Virus record (IMG/VR): IMGVR_UViG_3300037246_001990
Coordinates: 1-63,032 of that record
Length of the DNA: 63,032 nucleotides
Direction: 5' to 3' (one strand)
Source: a virus
Lineage: Duplodnaviria; Caudoviricetes
Shown here: positions 1 through 10,539 of the stretch, one piece after another
Numbering within the stretch: the stretch's first letter is position 1
Layout: each line of letters starts with the position of its first letter
The notes under the pieces: model-generated
Seen by the model: only the letters and a program-made list of their open reading frames with translations
Database searches by the model: none
What the model was told of the DNA's origin: nothing
Translations under genes and position numbers: made by a program

Positions 1-3
1 AAA

Positions 4-288
4 ATGGCAGCATTTGAAAAACAAAAAGCAGCATGGAATTCAGAATCAATATTACCTGATCAAGTTGAAAATCAACGAAGAGAACTTCCTAAAGTAGATG
101 AACAAATGGCAGCAGCTCCGGCAGCAGCTTCAGCAGCTTCAGGAAGTGGAGCAATATCTGCAGGTAATATTGCTAGATCAGATAACGCAGGTGTAAGAAG
201 AACAAGGCGTCCTGTTAGATCAATATATACATCTGATAAAGTAAAAGGTCAAGGAATACCTGATAGAGCTACAAGAACACCATTATAA
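4..288 (+). CDS. Hypothetical protein, probably the 3' part of a gene truncated by the window edge
   Basis: Low-complexity Ala/Ser-rich ORF at the window start. Confidence 0.45.
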   Translation: MAAFEKQKAAWNSESILPDQVENQRRELPKVDEQMAAAPAAASAASGSGAISAGNIARSDNAGVRRTRRPVRSIYTSDKVKGQGIPDRATRTPL

Positions 289-371
289 TATAAAGTAAAG
301 ACTCCTGTTATCAATCCAGGAGTCTTTACACCGTTAACCCACCAAAAACAAATCATAAATACCCATTAATA

Positions 372-392
372 CTATATATATAAATAAATGAA
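372..392 (+). promoter_or_regulatory. Candidate phage promoter motif CTATATATATAAATAAATGAA
   Basis: Intergenic, upstream of RBS AAAGGAGG; 18/21 identical to the intergenic motif at 10473-10493. Confidence 0.45.
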
Positions 393-426
393 AGTAGTAC
401 ATCTAACTTAAAAGGAGGAATTTTTA

Positions 427-1869
427 TTGCTTAAATTTGAAAAGGCAGGTGCCAAAGACTGGAAGATTCTAGTGGACGGAAGCGAATTAATAAAACTACA
501 TCTCTTACCTTCCTCTGTAACCAATAAGTATCATATTGTTACAGATTTTATAGAAAGAGTCGCTGAATTATATGGGAAGGACTTCAGCGATTGGTTCGCA
601 AATCTCATCACCCAATGTATGGATGAGGAAAAAAGACCTGCTGCCGTACTTGCTAATACAGATGAAATAAAAAAATATGTTAATGGTTATATCGATTCTA
701 TGAATTTCGATTATAATCAATTTGTAGATCTAACTAAAGTTAAAAAGAATAGTATTCTATTTACGGCAGACGAAATTAAAGAGATTTTAAAATTATCTTG
801 TTATTTAAAAATATATTCAGTTATTTCAAATTCATCTCAATTTTCTCTTGGTAAACATCTTCATAAAGAGGTTTACAACAAACTTGCATCAGATATAATG
901 ACTACCGATATTGTATCAAAGATATTTGATGTTATTAAAACCAAAACATTTAGATACAACTTATCTGACAAATTCATGTGGGAATATATTAAAACAATAC
1001 AATGCAAAGACATTGGTATTCACATAATCGAAATATTTAATTTTATTATGAATAATATTATTATTTTATGTGAAGAAACTAAAAATCCCATTACTTATTT
1101 TGTTGGAGTTGTTGATGAATCAGTTAAATGGTTTTTAAGATCAGTTTATAAGGGGTCAATCGTATATGATGATAGTATATCAACTGAAGATATTCATGGA
1201 ATTAATGTAAATAACTTAATTACTTACAGTTTCAATGACACACTCGGAAAAATGAAGGCAATTGCTTTTGAAAAAATCTATAAAGATTTAGAAAAAGAAA
1301 ATTCAATTCAAATTGATAGAGATGATTCTGATCAATATATTATAAATTTTCACAATCGTCTATCAAGCATTGAATACATTTCTCCGTTATGTTCATCACT
1401 CGTTTTTCCATTCCTCTCAAAAATGACTGGGATAACTTATGTTCATTTTAAAACAATTTCAGCAGAGCATGCGGCAGTATTATCACACTATTTGAACACT
1501 TTACTTTCTAAAGTTTTTAAATCAGAATATAAAAATTTATTTCAATTGCTTGATTATTATCCTCTTACGAGCCCTTCAATAAATACAACATATAAAATCA
1601 AGTCAATACACCAATACATACAAGCACAAAATACAGAAAAGAATTTTTATGGTTTTAATACAAAGACATTGCCGCATCGTGTTTTATGTCATTTTGTAGG
1701 AAGAGTTTCGAGAATAAATTTCTGTAACTTAGTTACTGGCCAAAAATTATCTGGTATTCCTTTAAGTAAAGTTGAAGCTGATATGATTCATTTATATACA
1801 CAAATGTTTGCTGGAACACTTGATGATAAATTTGATGAGCTAACAGTTTTAATGAATGTAGATTTTTAA
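427..1869 (+). CDS. Hypothetical protein (480 aa)
   Basis: Long ORF, TTG start with strong RBS aaaggagg; no recognisable motif. Confidence 0.75.
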   Translation: MLKFEKAGAKDWKILVDGSELIKLHLLPSSVTNKYHIVTDFIERVAELYGKDFSDWFANLITQCMDEEKRPAAVLANTDEIKKYVNGYIDSMNFDYNQFVDLTKVKKNSILFTADEIKEILKLSCYLKIYSVISNSSQFSLGKHLHKEVYNKLASDIMTTDIVSKIFDVIKTKTFRYNLSDKFMWEYIKTIQCKDIGIHIIEIFNFIMNNIIILCEETKNPITYFVGVVDESVKWFLRSVYKGSIVYDDSISTEDIHGINVNNLITYSFNDTLGKMKAIAFEKIYKDLEKENSIQIDRDDSDQYIINFHNRLSSIEYISPLCSSLVFPFLSKMTGITYVHFKTISAEHAAVLSHYLNTLLSKVFKSEYKNLFQLLDYYPLTSPSINTTYKIKSIHQYIQAQNTEKNFYGFNTKTLPHRVLCHFVGRVSRINFCNLVTGQKLSGIPLSKVEADMIHLYTQMFAGTLDDKFDELTVLMNVDF

Positions 1870-1888
1870 GAAAAAAGAGATGAAATGT

Positions 1889-1957
1889 GCGGGGAGCCAT
1901 GGGAAGAATTTCCTGTGGTGTCTATAATATATAGACTCCCCGCTCCATCTTTTTTTT
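1889..1957 (+). ncRNA. Three-way-junction hairpin ending TCCA plus T-run (structured RNA and/or terminator)
   Basis: GCGGGGA/TCCCCGC closing stem, internal hairpins CCATGGGAA/TTCCTGTGG and GTCTAT/ATAGAC, followed by TCCA TC T8. Confidence 0.5.
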
Positions 1958-2003
1958 AGAACAAAAAACAAATTACGGTTATCCCAATGTTGGAGGAAAC
2001 AAA

Positions 2004-2462
2004 ATGTCAAAAGAAACGAATCAAGATCTAGAAATAATCGAAGAATTAATAAGAAAAGTGGATGGTTATCTCGATCCAGTAACACCAGGTGGAGATGACT
2101 TTTCATATTTATATAATAAAGATACAAGAGATCGTCTTTATGGAGATCATCCAGAGTGCTTTTTGAAAATACAGGGTGTAGGTCGTGAATTTCCAACTCT
2201 ATTTCCAATTTGTAATAGATATGGTCATAAGGATGCAAAAGTTATTGATATTTCAAGAAGAGTTATTAAAAAACTAATGTCAGATGATAATGGAAGCATG
2301 GAAGCAAATGATCTTATGTTAATTCTTAATAAATTGGATAGAGCACATTCTGTATATAATAAAGATATTCCAAAACCACCAGGTCCAGCTGGAAGAAAAG
2401 CACATGTAACAAGAATGATGAACAAAATTAAAAAACATTTAGATGTATATAAAGGAAACTAA
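2004..2462 (+). CDS. Hypothetical protein, first gene of RNAP operon 1
   Basis: ORF with GGAGG RBS; stop abuts the beta' start codon. Confidence 0.7.
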   Translation: MSKETNQDLEIIEELIRKVDGYLDPVTPGGDDFSYLYNKDTRDRLYGDHPECFLKIQGVGREFPTLFPICNRYGHKDAKVIDISRRVIKKLMSDDNGSMEANDLMLILNKLDRAHSVYNKDIPKPPGPAGRKAHVTRMMNKIKKHLDVYKGN

Positions 2463-4814
2463 ATGGCAGTAATAAAAGTACTTGATGTAAATAAGTTTGC
2501 CCAAGGTTTGAAACCTGTTACAAGTACTGAATTAAAAACAAGAACTGGAGAGTTTAATCCTGATGGTCTTTTGAGTGAAGATATTTTTGGAGTAGAAGGA
2601 TCTCTTGATAGAAGTAAAAACATGTCTTTCATGAATTTAAACACTAAAATAATTCACCCAACGCTTTATAGACATATAGTAAGACTAGAACCTAAACTTG
2701 AAATGATGTTTTCGACAGAAATTAGCATCACTCCAATACCTAGTGGTGGTGTTAGAGAAGATGAAAATGGTATTACTGGGATAACTTCATTTATCGAAAA
2801 CTTTAAAAATATAAAATTTAGGGATTTAAATTCTGCTTCAAGAAAAACAATTATAGAAAACTTTGATCAAGCTTATAAAGACGGAACATTGTTCATTGAT
2901 AAACTTCCCGTCGTCCCTCCGGATGTAAGACCAGTATTTGAATCAGAAGATGGCGAACTTCAAATTGATGAACTAAATAATGTGTATATAAGTATCTTGC
3001 GTAAATCATTCCAAGTAAAGAGTGTAGGATCAGCAGGACAATTTTTTGATCTTCTCACGTATGGATTACAATTAGCTGTAAATAATCATGACTCATATAT
3101 ACAAAGCAAAATTCAAAAAAAGAGTGGACTTATACGTGGTAATATGCTTGGAAAGAGAGTCGATTTTTCTGGTAGAGGAGTTATTACTCCAGCTCCTGAA
3201 TTAGGAGCAAATGAAGTTGGACTCCCTTTAAAAATGTCAGTAACTATGTTTCAACCTTTTATTATTCATAGCATACTATTTAAAAAATATCCATTTAAAA
3301 AACAAATGGAAGAAGAAATTCGAAAATATGATGGAGATGAATTATCAGTAGATAGTATTCAAAGAGTATTAAAAGCAATAAAAAATGGAGATGATATACC
3401 AAAAAAATTATATGAACTTATCTATGATGTAACACAACTCATTACTAAAGAACGAATAGTTATTTTAAAAAGGGACCCTGTGCTTCACGATTGGGGTCTG
3501 AGAGGAATGTATCCTAAACTAACTACTGGTACTACTATAGGTTTATCTACTCTTCATACTGGAGGGTTCAATGCGGATTTTGATGGAGATCAAATGGGTG
3601 TCTTCCATCCAATGACAAAAGAATCACAAGATGAAGTAAAAGAAAAAATGACTCGAGCAGTTGGGTCTAAAAATTCAAGAAGTGTTACAATTGAAATATC
3701 AAAAGAAATGAAAACAGGTATTTATGTATTAACAAAACCATCAACATCAAAAGAATCCCCAATAGAAGCCACTAAAGAAAATATGGAAAATGCAACTGAT
3801 CCTTACATTCCAGTTATATATAGAAAGAAAAGAACAACTATGGGAAGAGCAATTTTCAATAATGTATTCCCTTCAGATTTTCCTTTTATGGATAAGACTA
3901 TGACAGGTGGTATGGCGAATGATTTGATTCCAGAACTAATAAAAAAATATGGTGAGGATAAAACTAAAGAGATAGTTTCGACATTAAAAAAACTAGGATT
4001 TAAATTTGCAACTTTAATAGCTCCAGCGTTTGATTTAAGAGATTTAGAAATGCCTGCTTCTATTGATCAAATAAAAGAAAAATTAAAAACAGCTACTCCA
4101 GAAGAAGGATTTAAATTAATAGATCAAGGTCAAGAAATTATGAAAAAAAGACTTGAAGGAACCGGTATAAAAGACTTGGTCGATTCTGGAGCAAGCAAAG
4201 GTTGGGGACAACCATCTCAAATTTTAATAGCAAAAGGAGTTACAGCTGATCCCAAAGGTAGAGTATTAGATCCTATTGCAAGTTCATTTTCTGATGGTCT
4301 TAAACCCACTGAATATTTTAGAGCATCATCTGGAGCAAGAAAAGGAATGGTTGATAGAGCATTAAACACATCAACTACAGGTTACTTTACAAGAAAGCTT
4401 GTGTATCTTTTAAATTCAGTTGAAGCTGATCCTTTATTAAAAGATTGTAAAACACCAAGATCGATAACAATAAGATTAACGCCAGATTATATAAAAAGAC
4501 TTGAAGGAAGATATATATTAAAATTAGGGAAAGTAACTTTATTTAAATCTGAAAATTATAAATCAGGTGATGTTATTGATCTGAGAACTCCTATATATTG
4601 TAGATCTCCTAAAATATGTCATACTTGTTATGGAGATTTAATAAAAAGACATAAGAGTCCAAATATTGGTGTTCTTGCTGGATCGTCAATTGGAGAACGT
4701 GGAACACAATTAATTATGAGAACATTTCATACAGGTGGAGCAGCAACTGCAGCAAAACATGATATGTTATCAGATATAATTGTAAATGATCCTTTGGTTA
4801 ATTTGGAGAAATAA
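2463..4814 (+). CDS. rpoC: Multisubunit RNA polymerase beta'-like subunit, N-terminal/catalytic part (set 1)
   Basis: GLLSEDIFG, PVVPPDVRP, RGNMLGKRVDFSGRGVI, catalytic NADFDGDQM, GYFTRKL, C-terminal Zn ligands CRSPKICHTCYG, GERGTQLIMRTFHTGG. Confidence 0.95.
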   Translation: MAVIKVLDVNKFAQGLKPVTSTELKTRTGEFNPDGLLSEDIFGVEGSLDRSKNMSFMNLNTKIIHPTLYRHIVRLEPKLEMMFSTEISITPIPSGGVREDENGITGITSFIENFKNIKFRDLNSASRKTIIENFDQAYKDGTLFIDKLPVVPPDVRPVFESEDGELQIDELNNVYISILRKSFQVKSVGSAGQFFDLLTYGLQLAVNNHDSYIQSKIQKKSGLIRGNMLGKRVDFSGRGVITPAPELGANEVGLPLKMSVTMFQPFIIHSILFKKYPFKKQMEEEIRKYDGDELSVDSIQRVLKAIKNGDDIPKKLYELIYDVTQLITKERIVILKRDPVLHDWGLRGMYPKLTTGTTIGLSTLHTGGFNADFDGDQMGVFHPMTKESQDEVKEKMTRAVGSKNSRSVTIEISKEMKTGIYVLTKPSTSKESPIEATKENMENATDPYIPVIYRKKRTTMGRAIFNNVFPSDFPFMDKTMTGGMANDLIPELIKKYGEDKTKEIVSTLKKLGFKFATLIAPAFDLRDLEMPASIDQIKEKLKTATPEEGFKLIDQGQEIMKKRLEGTGIKDLVDSGASKGWGQPSQILIAKGVTADPKGRVLDPIASSFSDGLKPTEYFRASSGARKGMVDRALNTSTTGYFTRKLVYLLNSVEADPLLKDCKTPRSITIRLTPDYIKRLEGRYILKLGKVTLFKSENYKSGDVIDLRTPIYCRSPKICHTCYGDLIKRHKSPNIGVLAGSSIGERGTQLIMRTFHTGGAATAAKHDMLSDIIVNDPLVNLEK

Positions 4815-5504
4815 ATGGCAAAGATATCAAAATATTTACAGCAAGTTGATAGTGATTTAATGGCGATGCAACCATGCGTAATTACTATTGGTTTATCCGA
4901 TTATAGAATGAACGACAATATACAAATAAAAGAAAGTGAGAATATAATTTGGGTAAATAGTTTATTATCTAAGATTGAATATAACGATATCGTTTTTAGT
5001 TTAATTCTTGATTATCCTGTAGAACTTCAACTTAAAAAAATGGAACATATAAAGAAAGAAAAAATTATTTTAAAATATGAAAAAGGAGATATTATACTTA
5101 ATGTTCCATTTTCAACTGTTGAAATAAAACAACAAGTTTCATTTGGTGAAAGATTAATAAGTGGAAAAGAAATATATAAAAGTCCTGAACATATCTTAAA
5201 AAGATTAATGGATGTATATGGTAAAGGGATGTCTGATCTTGATTTAGTTCATTTTGAAGTTCTAACATCTCAAGTAATACGAGACAGAACTGATGCAACA
5301 ATTCCTGCAAGACTTGGAAAAAAATGGGATCCAACAATGATGAATATCAAACAAATTGTATTTAATGTTGGATTTATTCAAGGATTACAATTTGAAAATG
5401 TAAGAAAAGCAATAGATACAGGTCTTACAACTTCTAAAGATTTACCACCATCAGTTATGGAAAAGTTAATGACAGGAGAACTAATTGAAAGGAGGAAGAA
5501 TTAA
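4815..5504 (+). CDS. RNA polymerase beta'-like C-terminal fragment (set 1)
   Basis: HFEVLTSQ and GFIQGLQFEN...MEKLMTGE correspond to the beta' C-terminus and to the end of the 42506 protein (HYECVVAQ...AMAFSN...MDKILKGE). Confidence 0.75.
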   Translation: MAKISKYLQQVDSDLMAMQPCVITIGLSDYRMNDNIQIKESENIIWVNSLLSKIEYNDIVFSLILDYPVELQLKKMEHIKKEKIILKYEKGDIILNVPFSTVEIKQQVSFGERLISGKEIYKSPEHILKRLMDVYGKGMSDLDLVHFEVLTSQVIRDRTDATIPARLGKKWDPTMMNIKQIVFNVGFIQGLQFENVRKAIDTGLTTSKDLPPSVMEKLMTGELIERRKN

Positions 5505-8500
5505 TTGAAATTTGATCAAATACCACAGTACACTCGATTAGTTAAAAAGGTCTTCTTCCCGATAGATCCCAATGAACCTTTTCTATTGGTTTATATTTCC
5601 GAAAATTCATCTCTTATTGAAGATTATGCAAGACTAAATATGAGAAGAATTGATGTGCGTCATGTTGTTGTGCCAAAAACTAGAGTACCAATGACAATAC
5701 TTAATGAACCATTAAGAAAAATATATAAATCTCTTGGACTACTTTCATATTCTACAGTTATGGTATTTCCAAAAGATAAGAATTTATTTTATGATTTAAC
5801 ACCATATTTAAAGAAAGTTGATGCTTCATATAGACCAACAACGTACAGACAAAGAGCAGGTTTTTTAATTAAGGATCTTATCTTTAAATCATTTGCATCG
5901 TTTCCATCTAATTATAAAAAAGTTTTAATCTATTCTATAGATATAACTAAACCAATCAACTCATTTCCAAATAGAAAAATATTTCCTATTCTGAGAGATT
6001 TGAAAGAAGGAAATCCAAACTTTGATCATATGATGTTAGTTACTCTGGATGAAGGTTCTGCTAGATTTAGAGCTTTAATAAAAGACGGCGAATATAAATT
6101 CCAAAGAATATATAACTTACTTAAAAAGATTAAAATAATAAGTAGTGAAGAAGAAAAGCAAGAAGAAGTCGATGCAGCATCAAATGAAATATTGAAAAAA
6201 ATTTCTGATACTATAGCACCAGGAGATAAAGGAAAAGTTAGATCAGCAATACAAAATTTTTTATCAAAGGATCAAAAATCATTAGATCAAATATCAACAG
6301 GTAGAGTTTCAGGATCTGATAAAGATAGAGTCGCTGTAGCTTCAGTATTATATAGTACAAGCGGGGATCTTAGTAAAGCAAAACGACTCGCTAATGCTGT
6401 ATCAGATAAAAAATTATCAACCGCAGTTAAAGCAGTAAATAAGCAATATGCAGATAATTTATTAGAAACAACCAAAGCAGTTTCATTGACAGATTCTATT
6501 TTCTTACAACAAGCAGATATTCCAAAACAACTTGATTATATGACTCCTGAGCATTTATTTCAAAAAAGAAAAATTGACTTTGAAACAAATCTAAGAAACG
6601 ATATGATAAATGCTTTTAAGGTTCTTGAAGGTCAAGATCTTCCAATGCAGTTTCAATCATTAACAATTGAAGATAAACCTCCTAGAGCAGGTGAAATTGA
6701 AAAATCAGATATAGCAAGAATTGTTGCTATTATAATTGGAAAAGATGGAAAGAAACATAAGGTCCGCTTCAACATTCCAAAAATCGATCCAGACACTGGA
6801 ACGTTTAGAGTAAACGGAAGAAAGAAATGTCTAATTAACCAATTGGTTTTAAATCCAATAAGTTTTCCAGGTGAATATGAAGCGAAGTTTGAAAGTTCAT
6901 ATTCTGTATTTAGAGTCTATAGTAAAAAAATGCAGAGTCAACCATTCCTACAAATTTATATGGGAACATTTAGAATTCCGTTATTAGTGTTCCTTTCATT
7001 TGCTTTTGGATTTGACCACACGCTTGAGAATTATGGAATTAAATATGACATTGTTGAAAAGAGACCAGCTAAAGATGAAATTTTTACAAAAGTTCCATCT
7101 TCATATCTCGTATTTAAAAATGTAAATACTGATTTAAAACAAGAGCTTGTAAATTCATTCTTGAGAGCTAGAGTTTCAGATTTCAAAATAGATCATACAT
7201 TTGCTTCGAAAAAATACTTTACAGAACTTATACTACAAATAACTGGAAGGATTAATTCAACGTATCATATAAATTTAAATATAAAAAATATAGTTGATCC
7301 TGTTTCAAAGCAAGTATTGATAAATAAACAGTTACCAAATGATCTTGAAAATATCATTAAATATATGGCATCTAAAGCAACTGATGGTTATAAAGAAGAT
7401 AGAAATGATCTGACAGTTCAAAGAACTAGAAACTCTGAAATTCTGGTTCATTTAGCACAAAAACAAATTCTTGCTGCATATACAGAATATAAAGAACAAT
7501 ATCTTTCAGGAAATAAAGATGCAAAACTTACAATACCAGAAACAAATGTTATAAGTCAGTTTAACAGACTTGAGATTGTTCAGGATATGGAATATGCAAA
7601 TCCTCTAGAAGAAATGGCAACCATAACAAAAGTATCTCCTGTTGGTAAATCAGTTGGAGGTATTCCTGATAAGGAAGCAGTTCAATTAGATGCCGGAAAT
7701 GTTCACGATTCATATTTTGGAAATATTGATCCATTAGATACAGCAGAAGGTGCGAACATTGGTATTACACAACAACTAGCTATAGATGCTTTTATAACAT
7801 CTGCAAGAGGATTGTTTGGTCAAAAAGAAATTAAAGATACTGAATATGGCGGAATACTTTCTACTAATGCTGCAATGATTCCATTTGTAGGGAATAATGA
7901 TGGTAATAGAATTCTAATGGCAGTCAACCAAGCAAAACAAATGATTCCTTTATTAAATCCTGAACCTCCAGCTGTTCAATCAGGTTTCGAATCAGTATTG
8001 ACAAATGTACTATCAGATAGTTTTATAAAACGATCTCCATGTAAAGGAAAGATCGGAAAAATTAGTTTAGATAATATTGATGTTATATGCGAAGGTAATA
8101 AAAAACAAAAAGTTGATATTAGTCCAGTCCATTTGAAATCTGGATCTGGTAAAAATACTTTAAGCACATTTAATCCAATTGTCAAAACAGGGCAATCAGT
8201 AAAGCAAAGACAAATAATTGCAGAAGGCAGTGGGATAAGCGAGGGAACAATTTCTCTTGGTAGAAATGTATTAGTTGCTTATACACATTATAAAGGATAT
8301 AACTTTGAAGATGGTATTGTTATAAGTGATAGATTAGCAAAAAATAAAAAACTTGTATCACTTCATGGTATTGAAGAAGAAATTATAATTGATGAAAAAG
8401 ATAAAGTCCTTCAAATTATTGATATCGGAACAGATACTAAAAAGGGAGATGTTCTATTAAAGAAAACAATTGGAGATATAGATGAACTATTAGGATTTAC

Positions 8501-9596
8501 AGATGAACAAGCTGATGATGAGGATACACAAGATGGTAGATTAATAAAAAAAAGTCCAGGTGGAGTAGTTGTCGGAATTGAAGTATTCTCAAATGTAGAT
8601 CCCAATACATTTCCAATTTTAAAATCTTTGATTGCAAAAACAGCTAAAAAATATAAAAAACCAGATGATCAAAAATTTACAAAACGTGGACTTCCTATAA
8701 AAGGAGTTTTAATAAGATTTAAAATTGAACAACAACTTCAAACTGTAGTTGGTGATAAGTTATGTAACAGACATGGACATAAAGGTATTATTGCTTTAGT
8801 TGAAAAAGAAGAACTAATGCCTAGAACTCCGTGGGGCGAACCAGTCGATTTAATTTTTAATCCTCTTGGTATCATTGGAAGAATGAATATGGGTCAAATG
8901 TTTGAAGTTTATTGTGGTTTAATTTCAAAAGGATTAGCTGAAATAATTACTAAAGTTAATTCTAAATCAGAAGGTATAAAAGCTATTAATGTTACAATGA
9001 CAGCTCTTGATAGTTCAAATAATAAAGAATATTCAAAGAAACTTATAAAAAATTTAACAAATTTAAGTACTAAAAAATATAATGATATGGTTAGTCAAAT
9101 AAAAAATTCTGGATATATTCCTATTATAGTTCCACCTTTTAAATCACCATCTCATAAACATATAATGGCTGCATTGAAAACTGTTAATAAAGAACCTGCA
9201 TATCATTTATTATTACCAGAATATAATGTAAAAACAAAACATGCTGTACCTGTTGGATATATGTATATAACTAAATTAGAACATATTGGTGAAGCTAAAA
9301 TGCACTCCCGATCTACCGGACCAACTGTTGGTAAAACATTACAACCTACAGGAGGAAAGAGAAGAGAGGGCGGTCAAAGAATGGGAGAGGGCGATACATG
9401 GTCAATGCTTTCATATAATTGTCCACTGGCACTATCAGAATTCTTTGGACCATTATCAGACGATATAATATCGAAGAATGAAATAATAACTGATATTATT
9501 CAAACTGGAGATGCATCTTATAGAATGACAAAAGCATCACCAACAAAAGATTTATTAAATGCATATTTTGTTGCAATGATGTTGGAGGAAAAATAA
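5505..9596 (+). CDS. rpoB: Multisubunit RNA polymerase beta-like subunit with long N-terminal extension (set 1)
   Basis: GTFRVNG, IDPLDTAEGANIG, GYNFEDGIVIS, GDKLCNRHGHKGII, NPLGIIGRMNMGQ, KMHSRSTG, GGQRMGE. Confidence 0.95.
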   Translation: MKFDQIPQYTRLVKKVFFPIDPNEPFLLVYISENSSLIEDYARLNMRRIDVRHVVVPKTRVPMTILNEPLRKIYKSLGLLSYSTVMVFPKDKNLFYDLTPYLKKVDASYRPTTYRQRAGFLIKDLIFKSFASFPSNYKKVLIYSIDITKPINSFPNRKIFPILRDLKEGNPNFDHMMLVTLDEGSARFRALIKDGEYKFQRIYNLLKKIKIISSEEEKQEEVDAASNEILKKISDTIAPGDKGKVRSAIQNFLSKDQKSLDQISTGRVSGSDKDRVAVASVLYSTSGDLSKAKRLANAVSDKKLSTAVKAVNKQYADNLLETTKAVSLTDSIFLQQADIPKQLDYMTPEHLFQKRKIDFETNLRNDMINAFKVLEGQDLPMQFQSLTIEDKPPRAGEIEKSDIARIVAIIIGKDGKKHKVRFNIPKIDPDTGTFRVNGRKKCLINQLVLNPISFPGEYEAKFESSYSVFRVYSKKMQSQPFLQIYMGTFRIPLLVFLSFAFGFDHTLENYGIKYDIVEKRPAKDEIFTKVPSSYLVFKNVNTDLKQELVNSFLRARVSDFKIDHTFASKKYFTELILQITGRINSTYHINLNIKNIVDPVSKQVLINKQLPNDLENIIKYMASKATDGYKEDRNDLTVQRTRNSEILVHLAQKQILAAYTEYKEQYLSGNKDAKLTIPETNVISQFNRLEIVQDMEYANPLEEMATITKVSPVGKSVGGIPDKEAVQLDAGNVHDSYFGNIDPLDTAEGANIGITQQLAIDAFITSARGLFGQKEIKDTEYGGILSTNAAMIPFVGNNDGNRILMAVNQAKQMIPLLNPEPPAVQSGFESVLTNVLSDSFIKRSPCKGKIGKISLDNIDVICEGNKKQKVDISPVHLKSGSGKNTLSTFNPIVKTGQSVKQRQIIAEGSGISEGTISLGRNVLVAYTHYKGYNFEDGIVISDRLAKNKKLVSLHGIEEEIIIDEKDKVLQIIDIGTDTKKGDVLLKKTIGDIDELLGFTDEQADDEDTQDGRLIKKSPGGVVVGIEVFSNVDPNTFPILKSLIAKTAKKYKKPDDQKFTKRGLPIKGVLIRFKIEQQLQTVVGDKLCNRHGHKGIIALVEKEELMPRTPWGEPVDLIFNPLGIIGRMNMGQMFEVYCGLISKGLAEIITKVNSKSEGIKAINVTMTALDSSNNKEYSKKLIKNLTNLSTKKYNDMVSQIKNSGYIPIIVPPFKSPSHKHIMAALKTVNKEPAYHLLLPEYNVKTKHAVPVGYMYITKLEHIGEAKMHSRSTGPTVGKTLQPTGGKRREGGQRMGEGDTWSMLSYNCPLALSEFFGPLSDDIISKNEIITDIIQTGDASYRMTKASPTKDLLNAYFVAMMLEEK

Positions 9597-10204
9597 TGAG
9601 CGAAGCGGCATACGAAGCATTGATTCTAGGTATTGATGAATACTATGAATATGATGATAGCGAAGATATGGATATTCAGGAAGAAGTAGGAATATTCAAT
9701 TTTGCTCGTATAAGCATTGAAGATGATCTTGCAACAAATGATTTTAAAAATACATATTTAAATTTAATACCAGATATAAAGGATAAATCATTTGAACTTA
9801 AACGTATATTTTGTCAAAAGATGTTAGATAAGATATTTGAAATATACGATTTTCAATTTCCAACAGCTCAAGATATTGCCACTGATGCTGATATGGCAAG
9901 AGTGTTAGAATTTATACAGTTCTTAGAATATGATAATGTTTTGTTTTTATCTTTTGTATGGGAAATGTTAAAAGTTGATATTACAAAAGTTGATATAGAG
10001 GTAATGTGTAAAAGAAAAGAGAACATAATAATTAATGAGGTAGAAGAGCAAGTTGAAACTCATTATCAAAGCGAGTTAATTTCCATATTTTTAAGAACAT
10101 ATTATAAAGAGAAGTTTATAGAATGGTTTATACTTCAATCGAAACGGTCTAAAGCATTCATTAAATTAGAAATTTTAGAAAGAGAGGGAAAGCTGAATGG
10201 CTAA
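9596..10204 (+). CDS. Hypothetical acidic protein
   Basis: ORF overlapping the rpoB-like stop codon. Confidence 0.7.
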   Translation: MSEAAYEALILGIDEYYEYDDSEDMDIQEEVGIFNFARISIEDDLATNDFKNTYLNLIPDIKDKSFELKRIFCQKMLDKIFEIYDFQFPTAQDIATDADMARVLEFIQFLEYDNVLFLSFVWEMLKVDITKVDIEVMCKRKENIIINEVEEQVETHYQSELISIFLRTYYKEKFIEWFILQSKRSKAFIKLEILEREGKLNG

Positions 10205-10451
10205 AATTGTAATTAAAAAGGGGTCTATGAGTCTTGAAATTGATAGAAGTGAATTAGTTCAAGTAGAAGAGACTCCTGATGGAATGGCATTTGATTTTAA
10301 AAATGGATTTCAACTTTTATATAATGATCAATATATGGAGGTATCAAGAAAAAATGTTATCAAGAATACTTCAAATAGTTATGAAGGAAAGAAGTTAGTA
10401 TTTGATTTTGATAACAAAAGACATCCTGTAATGGTTCATGGAGATAGTTAA
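10197..10451 (+). CDS. Hypothetical protein
   Basis: ORF with GAGGG RBS, overlapping the previous gene. Confidence 0.65.
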   Translation: MAKIVIKKGSMSLEIDRSELVQVEETPDGMAFDFKNGFQLLYNDQYMEVSRKNVIKNTSNSYEGKKLVFDFDNKRHPVMVHGDS

Positions 10452-10472
10452 AATTCATTTTAAAAAAAATAT

Positions 10473-10493
10473 CTATATATATTAATTACTGAA
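10473..10493 (+). promoter_or_regulatory. Candidate phage promoter motif CTATATATATTAATTACTGAA
   Basis: 18/21 match to 372-392; sits immediately before the ncRNA array. Confidence 0.45.
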
Positions 10494-10539
10494 TAATAAA
10501 GAATTACCTTAATTTGTCTAACAACAAAGGAGGTAAATC

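Noticed and set aside
2463-9596. Bacterial chromosomal rpoBC locus or intron/intein-split genes
   Set aside because: Order is beta' before beta, no ribosomal protein genes flank it, a terminase is in the window, and the beta' split is a clean TAA-ATG junction with no intervening element
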